Of a DNA stretch of 64,000 nt, positions 59,943 through 64,000 are shown piece by piece. The DNA is taken from NCBI GenBank assembly GCA_026025795.1, contig JAPEUG010000043.1, positions 1 through 64,000 on the forward strand, written 5' to 3'. Source of the stretch: Thelocarpon superellum (lineage: Eukaryota). A program made the position numbers and the translations under genes. Each line of letters begins with the position of its first letter. The first letter of the stretch is position 1. Under the pieces are notes generated by a model that was not told the origin of the DNA, searched no databases, and saw only the letters and a program-made list of their open reading frames with translations.

Positions 59943-61844
59943 CTAGATACCACGATGAGATATTGGATGACGACCGTACAAGAAGCCCATGCGCCCCTTG
60001 CGCCGTGGCTGTCTCTCCTCCTTGCTTTCACCCGCGGGCTTCTTGTGCCCGTGCGTGCCTTTCCATCGCATGAACCAACATGCGAATGGAAACACGACGG
60101 TGTTGACGGCGCACCAGGCGAAGAGGACGCCGAAATTCAATCCGATGCGAGAGTGCACGTCGAATATGATGGTGCGCGTTGCTTCCACGACTGTTGGTAC
60201 CCCGCGTTAGCTTTCCATTCTTGCTTCGAGAAGACAGGAGCAGAGGAGGAAATACGTGAGAGGCGGAAGGGGGGGGTGGAGTGGAAGTGGGTGAACTCAC
60301 TGTTATGCAACGGCCACGCGTAACCCCAGTAGTAGAAGTGAGGAGAGAGGGAGATCTCGTAGAAGCTGGTGCTGACGTTGGTGATGACCCAGAAGATGAG
60401 CCAGAAGGCCGTATACGGCATTCCGAGCACCATGGCCACGTTCTCGCACGCCAGTCCTAGCGCGATCATGCCCACCCAGTTCAACATCCAGTAGATCACG
60501 AACGAGGCGTTGCCGTAGCCGTTGGCGTTCGACTCGCTTGTCGGGACCGTATCGGGTGCGGGGTCGTTGGAGAAGGGGATTTGGAAGGCTAGAGATACCA
60601 GCGAGTATATCAACGAGAGGATGAAGTAGGCCGTGATGGTCGCCACCCATCGCCAGATAATCAGCTGGTAGAAGTGGAGCGGCGGATGTCCCTGTGGGTT
60701 CATGAATTTGAGGTGGATCGGTAGGTAGAAGGAGAAGGAGAAGAAGGAGATGATGATCAGATCTGTGCGCATTGACCCCTTTAGCATCGTCCTCCCCTGA
60801 CTTGGTCGAGTGCAGCAAGGGAGGAACCCCCTGCTACAAGGCGCCTCGAGCGAAGCGAGCGAAAGAGCGACTTACAGATGAGACCGATGGTGATGGTGGG
60901 GGTGGCGGTGGGGGGCGTGAAAGGGCGGAGGTTGAAGGTGGAGAAGCCGATGGCGGGGTTGACGGCCTGTGGCACTCGTTGGAGGTTCTGCAGCGTCGCC
61001 GTATCGGAGGCGTTCTGCAGGACCACGGTGGACCACATCTGTCCAAAGGAGGCCTGGACCTGCGACTCCAAGGCGGTGATGGCGGGGGTGACGTAACTCG
61101 AAAACGTCGTCTGATCGCGCGCTTGCACGTAGATAACCTGCGCTGCACCGAGCGGGTCATAGGAGGTGTTGCCCTGCGCGACGGCCTGTCGCAGCAACGT
61201 GGTTGCATTGGCGTTGATCACGATGGCCGCCCAAGCATCGTAGTTGTAGATTGCCTGGCGCACGTTGATCGGGTCGTTGTCGAACATGGACGGCGGCACC
61301 GACAGGAAGCCGAGATGTGGATTGCCCGAGTCCACCATGGCCTGTGCCGCTTGCACCACCGCTGGCCCGACTAATGCCGGCGCCCCCGAGTCAATCGGGG
61401 CCGCTTGGCTGTCGAAGTCGACGACATAGACCAACAGGGACGACAGATTCTCCTCGACTCGGAATTGTACAGCCCAGTCTGGCGATCATCAGCGGACGGG
61501 CGAGGTTGATGAGGTTGGAAGACTCACAGAGGGACAAGATACCGAGGATGAAGACGCTGAGGATCAGGGCTGTCCGGGAGTTAGTCTCATGTGGCTCTTG
61601 AGGTGGATTTCTGGTACATACTGGTCTCTAACCATCCAATCAGGACCTCTGCTCGGACGTTGTCGAGCGACTTGGAGAAAAAGTTGACGGACGGTGGAGG
61701 TCCCGGACCTTTTTCAACGTCGTCGTCTTCCTCATGACTGCGTTCTCGGCTGAGCTGTACCGACGACGGAGGTCGACTGCGGCTCAACGGTGTCTCTGCT
61801 CCTCGTCGCGCGGCCGGATCACGGTCGGTGGGATTGTAATCCAT
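59943..61844 (-). CDS. SNG1: SNG1-like (nitrosoguanidine resistance, DUF3533) membrane protein, multi-exon
   Basis: LSLYWAV, VYVVDFD, WAAIVINANAT, YDPLG, FVIYWMLNWVGM, WLIFWVITNVS, YWGYAWPLHN. Confidence 0.85.
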
Positions 61845-62574
61845 CTCCTCGGGCGTGCAACGTGCAGACAGTTACGGGAGAAGTGCAGAAGAAGATGAGG
61901 AGGAGGAGGAGGGGGAAGCGGGGTGCAAGACATATACCGACATGTGGCTGGGCAGTGGGAGCGGCGGCAATAGGGGGGAGGGAGCTTCAGCCTCATGGTG
62001 GTCCTGACGTCAACTGCCAACAATAAAGGATGCGTCTACCACAAAGCTTACGATTAGCCGGCGGACACACCGACCGGCCGGTTGGATCATTCCTCCCCCA
62101 CGGAAACTCGCCTCGCCTCGTCCGTCCACGAGGAGAGGATGGTGGAGCGGACATCTGGACTCGATGAGTCGATGAGAGACTCGATGAATTGCCCCGCAAT
62201 ACCTGCCTTTCGCATGGAAGGTCGGGGAGGTGGAGCAGAGCTATGGTGAATTCGCCATGTGGGCGTCATTACCAACGCGAGTACTTTCACACTTCGGTTA
62301 TCGGGGATTTAGCCTTTGTCCCAGCCACTCGGTCACCAGCCACTCGTGTACCAGTCTTGCCTTCGCGCGCTAGTTCCAAGTACAGACAAGCGAGACCTGC
62401 GACGGGTGGCGGGGCCACGCGAGATTGATGACTCAGCGTTAACAACACCAGCAGGCAGGTGCACGATGTTCAAGTCGTCGTCTGGAGGAAATGCTTCCGT
62501 ATAGGTGCTCCATTTTCTATCATCACCATGATCTTCGTAAAGTCACACCGCATGATCCAGTTCTCCCATCCGCC

Positions 62575-64000
62575 TCAGTAGCTCCCTGTGTGCATGAGCT
62601 TAGCGACCGTCGAGAGATGCGAGCGAGACACTTACGGCCAAAGAGACACCACGCTTCGGCCTTGTTTTTGCAATGGGGATTGGTGCAAGGCGTTTCGCCC
62701 TCGGTCACGCCCGGAGGCTGTTCAAAGGGAATGCAGAGGCTTTTGGCACCCATGGACGGAGCGCGCGCATCTTCGGGCGTCTCGTCGCCCGCCTCCTTCC
62801 GTGCGCTGAGCTCCTTGACCTCGTCTTCGCACTTCTCCTGTAGGCAGTGAGGCATGAGGATCACGTTCTTGTCGTTGAGTGCCGGCACAAAGTGCTTCCA
62901 CTCCGTCACCTGCTTGATATGCGATTTGAAGGATGCATCCGCTTTGCCATAGAGATCCGCCTGAATGGTGTTGAGGAGCGCGGGCACTTTGGTAGCCAAG
63001 TCGGCGATGGCCAGCTGCTCTTTTGCTTTCAAGTCGCGCCGTGCCGTCGTGACATAGGCGCCTTGAATCTCGCCTGGCCCCACCTCGAGCCGGAGCGGCA
63101 CGCCCTTGAGCTCCCAGTCGTTGAACTTGTACCCTGGACCGTAGCCGTCCCGGTCGTCCACGTGCACGCGCACGCCCGCGCCCTTCAACGTCTTGGCCAA
63201 GGCGTCGATGGAGCCAAACAGCTTCGTCTTCTCCTCCTCCGTCGTCTTGACGTTGATCCCCACCGGCACGATGACGACCTGATACCGGGCGATGCGAGGC
63301 GGTAGCACCAGTCCCTTGTTGTCGCCATGGATCATGATCATCACCCCGATGACGCGCGTCGAGAGACCCCACGAGTTCTGCCAGACGTACAGCGGGTCCT
63401 TCTTCTCCCCCTCCTTGGCCGACGGGTCCTCGACGGTGATGTCGAACATCTTGCTAAAGTTCTGGCCCAAGCAGTGGCTGGTGGCGCCCTGGATGCCCCG
63501 GCCCGTGGTGGGGATGTAGCCCTCGACGGTGGTGGTGTAGAGCCCGCCGGCGAACTTTTCCTTTTCCGTCTTCTTGCCGCGGATGACGGGCACGGCGAGC
63601 AGCTGCTCGTACACGCCCGCGTACAGCTCGAGGATCTCCCGCACCTCCTGGCCCGCGCCCGCCTCGGTCAGATGCGCCGTGTGCCCCTCCTGCCAGTTGA
63701 ACTCGCGCGAGCGCAGGAAGGGCATGGGGTGTTTGAACTCCCATCGGACCACGGAGTTCCACTGGTTCCACCGGAGGGGGAGGTCGCGGTGACTGCGAAT
63801 GTACTTGGCGTAGTAGGGATACATGACCGTCTCCGATGTCGGGCGGATGGCGATGGGTTCCTCGAGGTCGCTCTTGCCGGCTTTGGTGACCCAGGCTACC
63901 TCGGGCGCGAAGCCCTCGATGTGATCCTTCTCGCGCTCCAGCACCTTGGCAGAGATGAACATGGGAAAGGAGCAATTCTCGACCCCCATCGCCTCGATCT
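62575..64000 (-). CDS. Cytosolic prolyl-tRNA synthetase (5' part outside window)
   Basis: EGFAPEVAWVT, AIRPTSETVMYPYY, FLRSRE, QGATSHCLGQNF, QNSWGLSTR, GAKSLCIPF; terminal intron restores FGR/SY* (stop 62575). Confidence 0.97.

Noticed and set aside
1..64000. Transposons, RIP-degraded repeats, rRNA/tRNA, secondary-metabolite backbone genes, TGA-CTA readthrough
   Set aside because: No transposase, RT, PKS or NRPS motifs, long AT-rich tracts or RNA-gene signatures seen; the stop contexts I checked lack TGA-CTA

Overview
Gene-dense, GC-rich, intron-containing nuclear DNA from a filamentous ascomycete (Pezizomycotina-type; most introns are 45-125 nt with CTRAC branch sites). I could support about 25 protein-coding loci. 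Most are housekeeping genes: POP5, GPN2, BUB3, a GPI-anchored GH72 glucanosyltransferase, GUA1, MDV1, ARO7, BCP1, Dicer-like 2, SYN8, a RING/TRAF zinc-finger protein, a TilS-like PP-loop protein, PET8/SAM5, WDR48/DUF1, cytoplasmic dynein heavy chain, a GNAT, SNG1 and the 3' part of prolyl-tRNA synthetase. Accessory-looking material lies at about 10.2-14.8 kb (gene-poor stretch plus an orphan spliced secreted protein), 19.7-25.5 kb (truncated ORF, Zn2Cys6 regulator, 7-TM membrane protein) and 55.7-58.5 kb (small secreted protein, E-box cluster). I recognised no rRNA, tRNA, CRISPR array or transposase, and I cannot demonstrate a new multi-gene system. The best leads are: a 35-nt antisense overlap of the ARO7 and BCP1 coding sequences, a probable non-canonical GC-AG intron in Dicer, two spliced genes only partly visible in the ORF track, and a regulator/membrane-protein pair whose regulator is bracketed by inverted microsatellites. 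Exon boundaries were derived by eye and family calls come from motif recognition, not database searches.
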